Source: Blasia pusilla
Taxonomy: Eukaryota
Direction of reading: 5' to 3'
Assembly (NCBI GenBank): GCA_050084515.1
Contig: CM114271.1
Span: forward strand, 31,682,001-31,746,000
Length of the DNA: 64,000 bases
In this document: positions 50,774 to 63,754 of the stretch, piece by piece
Layout: each line of letters opens with the position of its first letter
Position numbering within the stretch: the first letter of the stretch is position 1
Made by a program: the position numbers and the translations under genes
The notes under the pieces: generated by a model
Told to the model about the DNA's origin: nothing
Databases searched by the model: none
What the model saw: the letters and a program-made list of their open reading frames with translations, nothing else

Positions 50774-53700
50774 TGTGAGAATTGCGGAATGAATTGAAAT
50801 TGCGTTTGTACTCTCTGTGTTTTCTATATTGATAGATTGAAAGTCGATAAGTAGTAAAGTCTGCTCTAAACTAAGAGCTGTAATCAAAAGACATGACAGT
50901 AACTGTGTCACTTCATAAATGTCTCATAGCTACGTATCGTTTCGCAAGATGAAACGTTACTAGCAGTAATCAATGGTCATAAACAAAACATTGATCCTAA
51001 TCTAATCTAGATTGTCCGTATGGATTGATCCGTGGGATCAATTCTTGGATCAGTACTCTAATGATTTGTTTCGCTGGACTAATTGATTTCCTACACTCCT
51101 ACTCAGGGGAACAAATCAGCCATTTTCATTACTAGTTAAACCTAGAGATTTAGTATGTTTTTTATGAGGTCCTTTCTGTAAACCCTTAGTAAAAATGTCT
51201 GCAGTCATCGCTGCAGTTGAAATATAGGTCAAAATAATTTCGCCACTTGATACTTGATCTTTGATAAAGTGGTATTGAATGTCGATGTGTTTGGTGTGGT
51301 CATGATGTTTTGTAAAACTGACCAAAGCAATAGCACTCTGGTTGTCACAGAAGATCTTAATTATCTTCTGAGCAAAATCAATTTCGTAAAGTAATCTTCT
51401 GATCCAAATAGCTTGAGCTAGTTTTAGTCATTGCAATGTACTCGGACTCGGTACTTGAAAGAGCAACTAACTTTTGTTTTCTACTTGCCCAACTAATCTT
51501 GCTCCTCCTGCAGGAGAAAGCAAAATCCGCTAGTAGATTTTAGAGTCGATATTGTCTCCATAGGCGACATCGAGAATATCCTTGAAGATGAAAAAGGAGT
51601 AGATGAGCGCAGATATTGGAGAAAGTAATGTTTTGTCCCTTGTAGATACCTGAAAATACGTTTGACAGCAGTCCAGTGTATAGGACCATGATTGGTCATG
51701 AACTGTGCAACAATGCTAACAGAATAGGCAATATCGGGGCGAGTGCACACCATTGCCCACATTAAACTTCCTGTAGCACTTTTATAAGGAATAGAAGACA
51801 TTGTTGCAATGTCAGCAAGATGAACAGGAGATTGATCTTGACTAAGATGAAAGCCAAAATCAAAGGGAGTGGAGATAGGTTTGCAGCCCAACATGTAGAA
51901 CTGTTTGAGTTTGTTGGTGATGTAAGTCGTCTGGTTGAGCCTGATCCATCCTTGTTTTCGGTCTCGTTGGATATGAATTCCCAGAACATGATAAGCTTCA
52001 CCGAGATCAGTCATTTCAAACTCTTGGCGGAGCTTCTTTTTGACAAAATGAAGCAGCACAGAACTAGAGCTGGCGATGATAGCGTCATCTACGTAGAGAG
52101 CAAGGTTCAGAAAATTGGAGTCCTTGTTCAGAATGTGAATATTAGAGGTAGCAGTGGTGCTGACAAAACCAATGTCGAGTAAAACATAGTGACAGCGTTC
52201 ATACCACATACGGGCTGATTGCTTCAAACCATAAATGGACCTTTCGAGAAGGCAGACCAAGTTACTATGGGGAACTGGCAAGCCTGGAGGAAGGGCCTTG
52301 TAGATCTTGTGTTGCAGGAATCCATATAGAAAAGCAGCGATTACATCTAATTGATGCACTAGCGACAGCAATAAGAATACGAAGAGATTGAAGTTTAATA
52401 GTAAGAGAAAAGGTCTCGTCGTAATCAAGATCAGGAACTTGAGTAAATCCTTTAGCAACCAGACGGGCTTTCTACTTGTGGATCGTGCCATCCACATGAG
52501 GTTTAATTTAAAAAACCCAACGGCAGCCAACTATGCTTTGATTAGGAGGAAGGGGAACCAAAGTCCAAGCCTTCATTCTAGTCATATTCTGAAGTTCAGC
52601 AGAAATGGCAGCCTTCAAATGTGAAGAGTCAAGTCCAGAGATAGCCTCTTCATAAGATTGGGGTTCAAGAAAAGAACAAGTAGAAGAGAGCAAGGCCCAA
52701 CGCTTCTCTGCAGCTCGCTTCTTGTTCTTCTCAGCTTCAATAAGTGCATCGTAACGCTCAATAGCCCGAGTAATGCGAGGACTTTTTCTTGAGCAAGAGG
52801 AGGAGAAGGAGCTCGTTGTCTTCTATCATAGTAAAGATGGGTACGCCTATGACCAGGTACGGGGTGTGCAGTGGAAGAGACCGTTGGTGAAGGCATATCA
52901 TCTGGCTGTGGCAGACTTGAAAGAGGTTGAACTTCCACTGAAGAAGACATGGAAGGAGAGGTGGTTCCCACTGAGGGAATAATCGGGGAAGTAGCAGGAA
53001 TAGGCAAGGAAGTTTGAGGATTAGGGAATGAGCGGAAAAATAGAGGATCAGATCTGATAGCCAGATCTTCTGCATCAAAAGAAGCGAAAGATGGAGTGGT
53101 CTAAGTAGTCTGATCTTCAAGAACTACAGCATCACGGGAGAGAATGATAGTTTTGTCTCTCAGCCTCTCGAGACGCAAGGCTTTGCTTTGGCACTGTAAC
53201 CAGGGAAAATGCATTCCTCAGTGCGAAAATCCAGCTTTGAATGAGGATCATTGATTTTAGCAAATGCAGGGCTTTCAAAAATACGAAGATAAGATAACAC
53301 AGGTTTACGATTAAACCATAACTCATATGGTGTTTTGGAAAGTGGCAATGCTTTGCTCGAAAGACAATTTTGCAAATAATTAGTAGTGACAAAAGCTTCA
53401 CCCCAATAAGTCTTGGGGAGAGTAGAATGGAAAAGCAAAGAACGGACAGAATAAGCAAGAGTTCTCTTCTTACGTTTTGAAACACCATTTTGCTGTGGTG
53501 TGTGGGGAGCAGTGAACTGCCTGGAGATTCCTTGAGAATGGCAGAAGTCTAAGAAAGAAGATGACTTAATTCCCCACCATTATCATATCCCAATGTCTGA
53601 ATGCGTCGAGGTTGATGTTGTGTCTCTACATTAGCCACAAATTGAGTGAAACGGGAAAAACCTTCAAATTTGTAATGGAGGAGGTAAACAGTAGTATACC

Positions 53701-55937
53701 GGGAGAAATCGTCAATAAAGACCATGAAATAACGAAAACCCAAATGAGTAGGGGGAGAAATAGGCGTGCAAATATCTGTATGAATTAATTCTAAAACATT
53801 GAGAGCTCTATAGACTGGAGTAGTGTTAGAAAAAGGTTTGTGAGTCTGCTTGCCATGTAGGCAGGCTCGACATGAAGAAATCTGAGAGGGATTATGCCGT
53901 GGAAGTCCGACAGCCATTTGCTAATTTTGAAGTTGAGGAACACGAGCGGCGCTGATGTGACTCAAACGGTGATGCCACAGATCAGCAATCGTGGGAAGAA
54001 TCGCAGTGGCTGCTGTAATGGGAGAAAATCGGGAGGGTGGAAGGGCAGCTTCTTTGAGTTTGTACAAATCATTGATTAAATAACATGTTATGATGATCTG
54101 GTCTGTACAATCATGGAGTATGCACTTTCCGTTGTGAATCAAGGTAGATCCTCCAGAAGTGTCTTAGTTGCTAGACTGAGAAAAGATTTTTCTTCAAGCT
54201 TGGTATAAAGAGGACATTCCAAAGAATGTATCGAATACCATTAGCCAAAAGGATCTCAACGTGTCCAGATCCTTTTATCTCCAGACTAGAGTTATCACCT
54301 AGGAAAACATACAAAGATTTTTCATACGGAGTGTAATTGGAAAAGTAATCACTGGAGAAGGCCATATGATGAGTAGCACCGGTATCAAGATACCATGTAT
54401 TATCTTGCATATCTAAAGCCGAAGTTGAATAGGCAACGGTAAAGAAGAGATGAGACGTAAAATTTGCTTTTGGAGCAGACAATCTGGACTGCATTTGCTG
54501 ATCTGCAAGACGTTTTCCGAAATCTTTAATATGATGCCCTTGCAAATTGCACTAGAAACACATGATTTTTTTATAAGTGTTCTGCTGATTGGAGGATGAA
54601 GCCTACCAATCAGCTTGATGATTGGACGATTCGCCATGTGGAATCGTCATAGAAGCAGGAACAAATCTTGATTTGAAAGGACCAAAGCCTTTGTGAGGAG
54701 CTTTGCCTCGACTGTAACTTCTGAATGAGCCCCCTTGCATCGAATTGCCAAATTAGGACTTCGATTGAAAAGGGGCAGAACCTCGTCCAACAAAAAAAGT
54801 TGAGGACGGTTCAGCAGTCTATGTCTTCATCATTTTCTCCTCCTTAAGAAGGAAAGTGATCACAGATTGCAAAGTAAGATTACTCTAACCTCGCAATGAG
54901 GTCAATAAGTTGCGGTAACTATTGGGCATTGATCGCATCAATGCAAGATACTGATTTTCATCAGAAGTCATTGATCCAGCAGCGTGGAGTTGATCAATCA
55001 ATGTCCTAAACTGATGGACATATTTGGTAACACTATTTCCTTCTTTCATCTTAAGAGTCTGTAGATACATTTCTGTGACACCGTCCTGGGCTTGGTATAA
55101 AGAATCTAATGTCGTCCAGGCTTCATTTGCGCAATCGAAAGGAGGCGATATGATGAACTTGCAAATTGTCTAAACGATTTGCTATGAAGGATAAGGCAAT
55201 TCGGATGAGAATCTCCCATTCGTGGACACTCCCAGCGCCAGTGGCAGGAGCGGTAGTCGGTGCTGGATTTGGAGTTGTTCCTTCTACGATGCCTACTAAA
55301 TCTTCGGAATCAAGGTACAATCTCATGCGTAATTTCCAGATATAGAAATAGGTTCCGTCAAATTTCGGGATGTCGTCAATCTTGAGGAACATGTTAGAAT
55401 TCACCATCGTGAATTGATGAAAATGATAGAAAACGGGTCAAGGACTTCAAATTCGTAAGAATCGGAAGTTTGCAACCACCAAGCAATGAGAAAAGAGAAA
55501 GGCGTTTGAGCAGAAGACGTCCCCTCTACTCTAGGAATGTTGAAGCATCCCTCAAATTCCAATCCTTTCTTGAAAATCGTAAAAGTAGTGACTAGCGACC
55601 ATCTGATACCATGTGAGAATTGGGGAATGAATTGAAATTGCGTTTGTACTCTCTGTGTTCTCTATATTGATAGATTGAAAGTCGATACATAAGTAGTAAA
55701 GTCTGGTCTAAACTAAGAGCCGTAATCAAAAGACGTGACAGTAACTGTGTCACTTCATAAATGTCTCATAGCTACGTATCGTTTCGCAAGATGAAACGTT
55801 ATTAGCAGTAATCAATGGTCATAAACAGAACATTGATCCTAATCTAATCTAGATTGTCCGTATGGATTGATCCGTGGGATCAATTCTTGGATCAGTACTG
55901 TAATGATTTGTTTCGCTGGACTAATTGATTTCCTACA
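50774..55937 (-). mobile_element. Ty1/copia family C, full-length with two similar LTRs, ORF disrupted
   Basis: Perfect TSD GTGAT. LTRs at 55612-55937 and 50774-51095 differ by about 8 substitutions and one 4-bp indel (manual count). PBS tggtatcaga. Coding fragments: gag KFDGTYFYIWK, protease LDTGAT, integrase LELIHTDIC, RT LYVDDA, RNase H TKHIDIQYHF. Confidence 0.95.
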
Positions 55938-58900
55938 GTGATCTCACACTTCCGCAATCCCATCGCTACACATGCCGCCTTCCCCAACATAAGGGGTTAT
56001 GCTCCTGAATCAAGTAGCACCCACTAAGGTTGATACACAACTCAAGACCAACCAACAAGAAGACTCCATCTCGGTTTTCCAAGACAACAATTGTTGGTGA
56101 GACGGCTGCACTCTCTATTGCTGGTCTTGCTGGCAACTCGGCCACTCTAGCCGCTGTTGCATGCTCACTCACTGTGTATCTCGTCCCGAGCACCTACTCC
56201 AAGGATACATCTGCCACATCTCTTATGCGAGTCTCAACACTAGAAGAACCAAACTCATCGCTCTCACAGAGCTTCGCCGCCAAGCGGAAAACCTCGTCTG
56301 ATCAACCTCCACATGTCAACAAATCGCTGGCCGTAAAAAGTGGGACGCTACATAAAGCTATCGCCATCTCTCGTAACATGCCAATGCTAGGCTGTGTCAA
56401 ATGGTGCATTGGCCTGGTAGATGTACTCACCTCATCCGCTCCTCTAACTACATTGGCATCTGCGACAACAACACTCCTCAAAGGACCATCAAGGGATCAT
56501 CGATGGGGTCCGGAGAGCCTTTGACACTATAAATGATTGAGGGACTCTAGCATGTCTTCCAACTTCTCCCCTCTAGGGATCCAACTCCACGTCAGATCCT
56601 CGTGGCTCACAAGCTCTCACTATGCCTCTTCTAACCACTACAACTGCATCGACTTGTGCGGTGTTGCAAAGAAATCCGATACCTTCTAGATCTCATGCTA
56701 TATCCTAGGCTTGAGAAGATCCGTAAATTGACGTGCCCCCTGCACTTGATGTAGATGCCAGTCGGCCCGTCATAGACTGAAGGTGTTGCTCCAACTGAGC
56801 AATCCTCACCATAACTGCCTCTGATGCAAGTGCTGCACTCGCTCTGGCAAGTGATGGGGTTCTGCCTCTACCACGTCCTTGACCTCCTACACCTGGTCCT
56901 CTACCACCTCCAGATCCTCGACCTCCCTCTAGGTATAGCTCGAGATGGAGCTCAAAACATCTCTCACATGTGTGCCCATATCTCTGGCAATGATCATGTT
57001 GAGGTAAGGGTGGCCTCCCCTGGGCCGCCTCATATAGATCTGTCAACTGAAGGTGCTACCTGCACTCCACTCTACTGTCCACAATCTCGTTGATGGTGTG
57101 ATCCTCCACACATCCAACAAGAAATACCTCAGCCCTGCTACATGAATACACTAAACTGGTCGTGGTCTTGGCTCCCAGTATCCTTCTGTAGCCCTCAATC
57201 CTATGACTCTATCTCGAGTAGTGCGCTGCAATGGAGATACGGTCACTTGTGTCATCTCCCTCAATGATGACATGCCCGTCATAAAATCTCTCTGCTCAAG
57301 TATGTTCAACTTAATCTGCTCCGCCAAAAAAATATAGACTTGAGAGTATGCGAACCAACATGTAAAAGTGTTGCATCCCACACTCTCTTCCGCAACTCAC
57401 GGTCTAGCATCACATACTATAAGTGAACCTTTTGTGCCTCTATCACACCCTGAGTTGCTGTAATCAACCGTGGAAGCCGTGCATAGGCCTCTTGAAGACT
57501 CTCTCCCGCTCTCCGTTGAAACTCATGAATCGCCTTCAGCTTGTCGATCCTCACCCCTTGATAGTTCCTCCCCAACTCTTAGAAGAACTCAACCAACCGG
57601 TTGCACGCGAGTGGTACTTGGCTGGTCCCACTCATAAGACTCGGGTTGCATTGACAACTCCTCCAAGTGTCTCCTTCGTGCGGTTAGTGGGTGCTATTGC
57701 AATCGCCACATCATACATCACACGCCCTGTGAGGGATACATATCCTAGAGACCATAATAGTCTCCACGCCTCAATCTTTGCCTCATGGAGAATCCAAAAC
57801 TTGTGGTAATCATCCATGGGAGGGCCCTCCAGATGCTGAAAAAGTAACTTCCTCGCCATGAAAGGGTCCGCATCCTCTATGCATCACATCAACTTTCGGA
57901 CTCAAATCTGAATGTATGTAATCAAAACATATAAATCAACTAAATCAAATATATATATTTTATCTTGTACTTCTGATTTCATTGTCAAGTTCATATTAGA
58001 AACCATCATTTCAATAACAATCCATTATACATCTATTGCATCATAAATGAACAAGATTTTGTTGTTACCATGACCGGAAAACTTGTACCAATTACACATA
58101 ACACGACAAATGATTTCCTTCTCTCCAAGAGGAGGCACAAGTCTGTCCAAAAAGTTCAAGGCTTTTCTACATCTTGATTAATGTGAACCATTCTTTTGAA
58201 TCATAAACACAATACGCCCCAACCAATACTCTTTCTTTACAATTCCTATTTCCATTGCAAGTTATCTGTTTTCCTTTCTTTTTCTTTGAATTTGTTGATC
58301 TTATGAAAGGGCCCATATACACTATAGATTCAAACAAAACTCAGATATCACTAGCAACATCAACTAAGCAAATTCAGCAATTAAGATCACATTTTTTTTC
58401 CTTGCCAATGGTGTAATATGACTTTTGGACTATGCGAGTTGGCTTGTCTTTGACATCAGAAAATTGCAAGGGTGGATTTATAGATAATCTTGCCTTCATA
58501 AGTTACAATAGACACTATTGCATGGGAAATCGCCACATTAGTCTATTCCACGAGACATATCAAATTCATAGACACTACCCTCTACAAAATAGATTACAAA
58601 GTCCCATCCAAGCAAATCCACCTTTTGGTTGTCGACCCCATATAAATCGGGGTCCCTACACAATCCATGTGAACTCAATCACAACCAAAGAGTAGAATAT
58701 TAACACAAATCTCACCATACAATCAAGGCTTCAGGTGACGTCCCCTTTCAGCAATCACCTTCCACTGAACTGTATGAATGCTTTACTAGTCCTGACATAT
58801 AAAGCCAGTTCTACATTGGAATCGTCGCTTATCAGACTCATATTAGTCATAACACAATGTCTACTTTCACACTGAAATGCTTACAGAGAATGGCATATGA

Positions 58901-59263
58901 AGTGTTCACAAAGTCCAATGCAGATTAAAAATGCATGGGCAAAAGACTTCAGTACACCAAGAGAACTCTCGTCTGCTTCAATTGCCAGGTGTATGATTAC
59001 AACCTGGGTAATTACAACCTGTGATATTACCACATTTTGGAGTACTCAAGTGCCATACCAATTTCGGTCGATTTAACAAAACAATAATAATTACAATAGT
59101 GGAGCCAACAGAACTCCCCGAATCCTGCCAGACCTGTTCAGGCCTCTTAATCCGTTATGTGACTTCCCCTGATCCATTCATGATTCAGAAGACAAACAAT
59201 AAAACCCAATTTTGTGACTAATCACATCGTCTGGAAAGCGATTTTTGACAAAAGTATGTAGAA

Positions 59264-60346
59264 CTAAGAACAACAATTTGAAGCAGCAGATGTGGGTCGA
59301 TCTGAGAGAGAGATGCTTGTAGGCTGTGTTGCTGGTTGCAACTTTGGCAATCTTTTGGCTGCACATGAGAAAAGGATCAATTGTCATCATCCAGACATGA
59401 AGATCCTCCCATCACCCATGGATCCAACATACAAAAATGACATTTCTTTGAATCCTAGCTGATGAATTGAAACTTACATATCATGGTGTGACAGTGTTGC
59501 CGTTAAAGAAATTTGATTTTAAGACAGATCAGCCATCAGCAATTGCATAGTCAGTCAATCAAAAATACAATCAGATCAACCAGGACCTATCTCAGACTAT
59601 TACCAAGATGTTTGCCTGTCTTCCATTACATATCTTGCAGCATCGGGTAGTATGTATTATTGGCCATATTTCATGTATCCACGGCTGAATAAATGAGGAT
59701 TGCAATCCATCCCATTAAGACTGCTACTAAAATGTCTTGATGCAATGGATCCGTGCATGAAACTCACCTATCTCATAGAAAAGTTCGTTCACATTCTGAG
59801 CTGTCTTGGCTGATGTTTCCATGAAAAAAAGTCCATTCTCTTCTGCATATCCCCGGGCATCCTGCAGTTGTTTGCCACACCGTGTCAATCCTGGTGCAAA
59901 ACTGCTTCACAAAACACGTATCCATCGAGTTTTCCAGAACAACTCAAGACCTCCAAATTTTACTACTCGACAACCCCATCTCTAATGATGAATGGTTTTG
60001 CTTGCAAGAAAGGAAAGGTAATCCACATGGCTCACCTTAAAGTGAATATGAGAAAGCAGTTTTCCATTAACATTTGACACGAATATCTTTAAAGCTTTAC
60101 TCTCACCTCAGATTGAGTACTTCTTTTGGCATCTAAGTCTGCCTTGTTTCCAGCAAGCGCCATAACCAAGCTTGAACTTCCTTCATAACAGAAAGATGGC
60201 ATCGAATAAGCAAAATGTAACTTATATTTCACACCAGTAGAAACAAAAGTATCCTGCATGTTTAGATTCTCTATTTTGAAGACCATGGAACCTGTACCTT
60301 GGCTTTGTAGCTCCTGCACCCACTTTTTCGCTCGAGTAAATGATTC
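59264..60346 (-). CDS. RABF2: Rab5-family small GTPase (RabF2/ARA7-RHA1 type), last four coding exons 60298-60346, 60107-60180, 59768-59861, 59264-59358; 5' exons not found in window
   Basis: GT-AG exons join in frame to give [103 protein letters not shown]. This includes G4 NKAD, G5 ETSAK and the C-terminal CC prenylation motif. Confidence 0.92.
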
Positions 60347-60672
60347 CTGCAAGAGGCAAAAGAGCAGACAATTAGAAGACCAGTATGTCTCCTCTGTAAA
60401 TTTTACAATTCTGACCATCCTTACCATTTCACTTTCCTCGCCTAAGTATTGGCTCTAATCAAAAGTAGTTATTTTCCCAACCTTCTGACCATACACACCT
60501 TGTACTGCTTGACAGTGTTAGAGACTGATGGGTGCAGAGTGCTGGAAGTAAGAGAAATAAAGGACCTGGTATCACAGCTGCTTATGAACTGTGAGTAACT
60601 TCAGAGGCTGATCTCAGTTGAACCCCAGACCATATAATAGCCTAAATAGTAGCTACAGAAAAAATAAGCTAC

Positions 60673-62100
60673 TGTATTGGATCACCACCACCCAAGTGGG
60701 GAATTGGCCCACAAGATTGTGATGCAACTTTAGGAAAGTGGGCAAGTAGCACTGTAATCCTCCGGTCATGCATCCAGAGTAGCAATAGCCCAGTGACTCA
60801 AAGGGGATGAGTCACTACCACAACTCAACATCATGAGTCACAAAGAGCGGTACCACCTTTACAAACATTAGGGAGCCCGGAACCTTCACTCAAAGAGTAT
60901 TCATCCCACTCAACAAAAATGGTCTAGCTGAAAAAGCATGCAGCTGACTAAAGTGTCATATCTCCCACTCAAGTATATAACCTAATATTTGAATCAAAGA
61001 TCAGTATTCCTCCTTGGTGAGACTTTGGGTGAGAACATCCGCAACATGGACTGAAGAGAGACATTCTTGAAGATGGATGAGCCATTGTTGAATATGTTCT
61101 AAGATAAAGAAAAATTTAAGTTCCAGATGTCTAATCTTGGAGTTGGAGCATAACTTCTTTGAAAGTTGTAGCTTGGTTGTCTTCATCAAGAATCATCGGA
61201 GATTATCGTGGAAAACCAATTTGAGCAAGTAGATCTTCACTAGCCTCACTGAGAGATGTATATTTGGCTTGTGGTAGACTCTACGGTAACTATCTGGTTC
61301 CTTGAGGCCCAATGCACAGCCCGAGCTCCCATTATAAGGGAAAACCCAGAAATAGAGCTTCTATCATAGTTAGATGAGACAAGTTAGTGGAGGCACAAGC
61401 TCTGAAATATGCATGCCCATTACCCATACTACATATACAGTAAGTAAAAGCAATTGGTCTGTAGAAGACCATTTGTAGTAGAGACAAGGATCACATGTAC
61501 TTCTGAAAAACCCTGCAGAAATTAGGTACTCATCCGTCTTTCTATACCAAGCCCAAGAAGATTGCTTCAAGCAATAGATGTCCCCTCAAGCTGTCTTGAG
61601 GGGACTTATTCATGGACCTTGACGAGTTCCCTCCAAACCTGGAGGTTGGTGTATGTCACCATGAAGAAAAGCAGTCTTGTCATTCCTTTGATGTAGTTCC
61701 GCATTGCGAAGAGCACCAATGGAGAGGATCATCCAAAGAGCAGTGATGTTTACAATAGGAGAGGATGTTTCTTCATACCTGTTACCTTCCTTTTGTTAGT
61801 AGCCTTTGGCTATTAGCCTGGCCTTGTGCCTGAGGATACTTCTGAAGCAAAAGCATGACCTTAGAAACCCTCCCAATGAAAGCAAGAAACAATGCTTACG
61901 GAGTCAGTGAAAGGCTTGCACTCTTTGGGGTTGGGGACATGAACCTAGATTCTGTTTTGAATAAGAGCTAATTTCAGCTTCCATTGCAGTTTGCCATTGA
62001 TGAGTGATTGGCCTAGACAGAGCTTCCGTCCTATTGGTTGGAATAGACTGGATGAAGGTCCAAATGAGGGTGTTTGGGTTGGCAGCATCACACATTCTTA
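60673..62100 (-). mobile_element. Old copia relic (RT/RNase H fragments, PPT and probable 3' LTR) in a Rab intron
   Basis: Fragments WQTAMEAEI, KQSSWAWY...CDPCLYY...LLTVYV and KIRHLELKFFFI...ADVLTQSL. PPT ttgagtgggaga at 60961-60972. Confidence 0.7.
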
Positions 62101-62667
62101 CTGGTATAGATTTTTTTGAGGACAGGTAATTTTTCTAACACAGTTTTACCTGTCTCTGACAGAAACCCTCACACTGTATCAGGATATTTGCCACTACTTT
62201 AGGAAGTGCCTATCGTTCCGGAGCTTACAATGAGACAGACAACATAAGGCCTAGGAGCGGGAAGGGAGAAGGAAGATGTTGTAAACACAAAGTACTTTGG
62301 AGTTTACTATAGTGAAAAGTAACTTATAGAATTACTATAGTAACTTACTATTTACTACAGTAAATAATAATTTTTTGTTACCATAGATTTACCTCAGTAA
62401 TTCTGTGAATTACTGAGGGCCGCAGGCCCTAACCCTAAAACATAGAACTTCATCCTTATGGCTATATATAACCCCTTGAGGGTGCCCTGCGAAATTACAT
62501 TCTCACACCTTTTGTATACAACTCTCTCAGCTTGAGGAGCTGATTGAGCAGCACTGAGTGGAATGTTCTTCTGACCTCACTAGTGCAGTGTGCTTCTGCA
62601 TACAGACTGAGAGGTCTGCTGACCTGGGGGGTTCAGTGAGTCTTGTGATGCAAGGTGTCTAGTAGTA

Positions 62668-62893
62668 CTAACCTGAGTGGTTGCTATTGAGATGTCTCTC
62701 TACTGCTGCTAACCTGAGTGGCTGCTATTGAGATGTCTGTCTACTGCTGCTAACCTGAGTGGTTGCTACTGAGATGTCTGTCTACTGCTGCTAGCCGGAG
62801 TGGTTGCTATTGAGATGTCTGTCTACTGCTGCTAACCGAGTGGTTGCTATTGAGATGTCAGTTTACTGCTGCTAACCTGAGTGGTTGCTATTG
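62668..62893 (+). repeat. 41-bp tandem repeat (~5.5 copies) within the family D LTR
   Basis: The unit ctaacctgagtggttgctattgagatgtctgtctactgctg starts at 62668, 62709, 62750, 62791, 62832 and 62872. Confidence 0.9.
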
Positions 62894-63588
62894 CACTAAG
62901 TGTGCTTATGAATGCTAGGTAGTCTGGTGGTACAGGATGCCTAGTGCTTTCCTCTACAAACTAACCTGAGTGGTTGCTATTGCACTAAGTTTGCTTGTAA
63001 GAGCTAGGTTATAGAGAAACTCTGATATTCTAAAAGGTTATGGGCCCACAGGGCATGTCATCAGGCAATGTCTCAGGATATCCTGGTGTTAATCAGACCA
63101 TAGCACATTTTGATGGTACTAACTATAGACACTGGTCTTTCCAAATGAAGCTTCTCCTTCAGCAGAAGAGACGAAAGATTTGACAACAAGAATAGTGATG
63201 CATACTCCACCATTTGTCTTCATACAGAATGGTTTATAGCTGCAACTCTTAGGAAAGAGAGTCTAGATTGGAAGGTTAGGCAATTCTTGCAAAACCAGTA
63301 TGAGAAAGTTATTGTATGTGAAGGGTTACAACTCTAACGAACTTTCAGAACAATGGAGTTTGAGGAAGGTCAGAGCATGCTAGTTCATGTTGTGCAGGTT
63401 CGAGCTATGCAGTTGAAGGTGGAAGCTGCCCTGCAACTCGACTTTGAAGGCAAGAACTCCATCTTGCATTTCTTAGGCACATTACCTCCTAGGTTCAATA
63501 CAATCATCAAAATCCTTCACAACAAGGATGCAGAGCTATCTTGGGAGTATGTGACAACACAAGTCATTAAAGAGGATGAAGAATTGAA

Positions 63589-63754
63589 TGAATGAATGAA
63601 TGAATGAATAGATTTTTTGTCCACGGGGACCCCACAGGGCCATGGGACTTCGTTTTGACACTTAACAACAAATTTGGAGAGAGAGCAAGCACCAGCGAGG
63701 GCCTAAGGGGTCCTCAGAGCCAGGTGAGTGTCCCTGGTCTTCACACAACTATGC
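63589..63754 (-). mobile_element. Short non-LTR retroposon (SINE or 5'-truncated LINE) with an (ATTC)n 3' tail
   Basis: 10-bp TSD aagaattgaa at 63579-63588 and 63755-63764; (gaat)n run at the left end; removing the insertion restores the gag frame (KEDEELKKDEEAHSALL). Confidence 0.85.

Larger units (their letters stand above)
44000..57870 (-). mobile_element. Ty3/gypsy-type retrotransposon carrying a C5 cytosine DNA methyltransferase domain (degenerate; RT/RH/IN core deleted), split by two copia insertions
   Basis: gag at ~57859-56700 includes a CCHC knuckle (CQRYGHTCERC). The protease VLLDSGA*PLMLGK at ~56000 continues across the copia TSD to ~50490. DNMT motifs lie at ~50150-49570 and ~44740-44375. 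The integrase C-terminus FSPYFLLYGREPKLP...LAIAQHRDTLRY is at ~44370-44060. No LTRs were identified. Confidence 0.8.
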
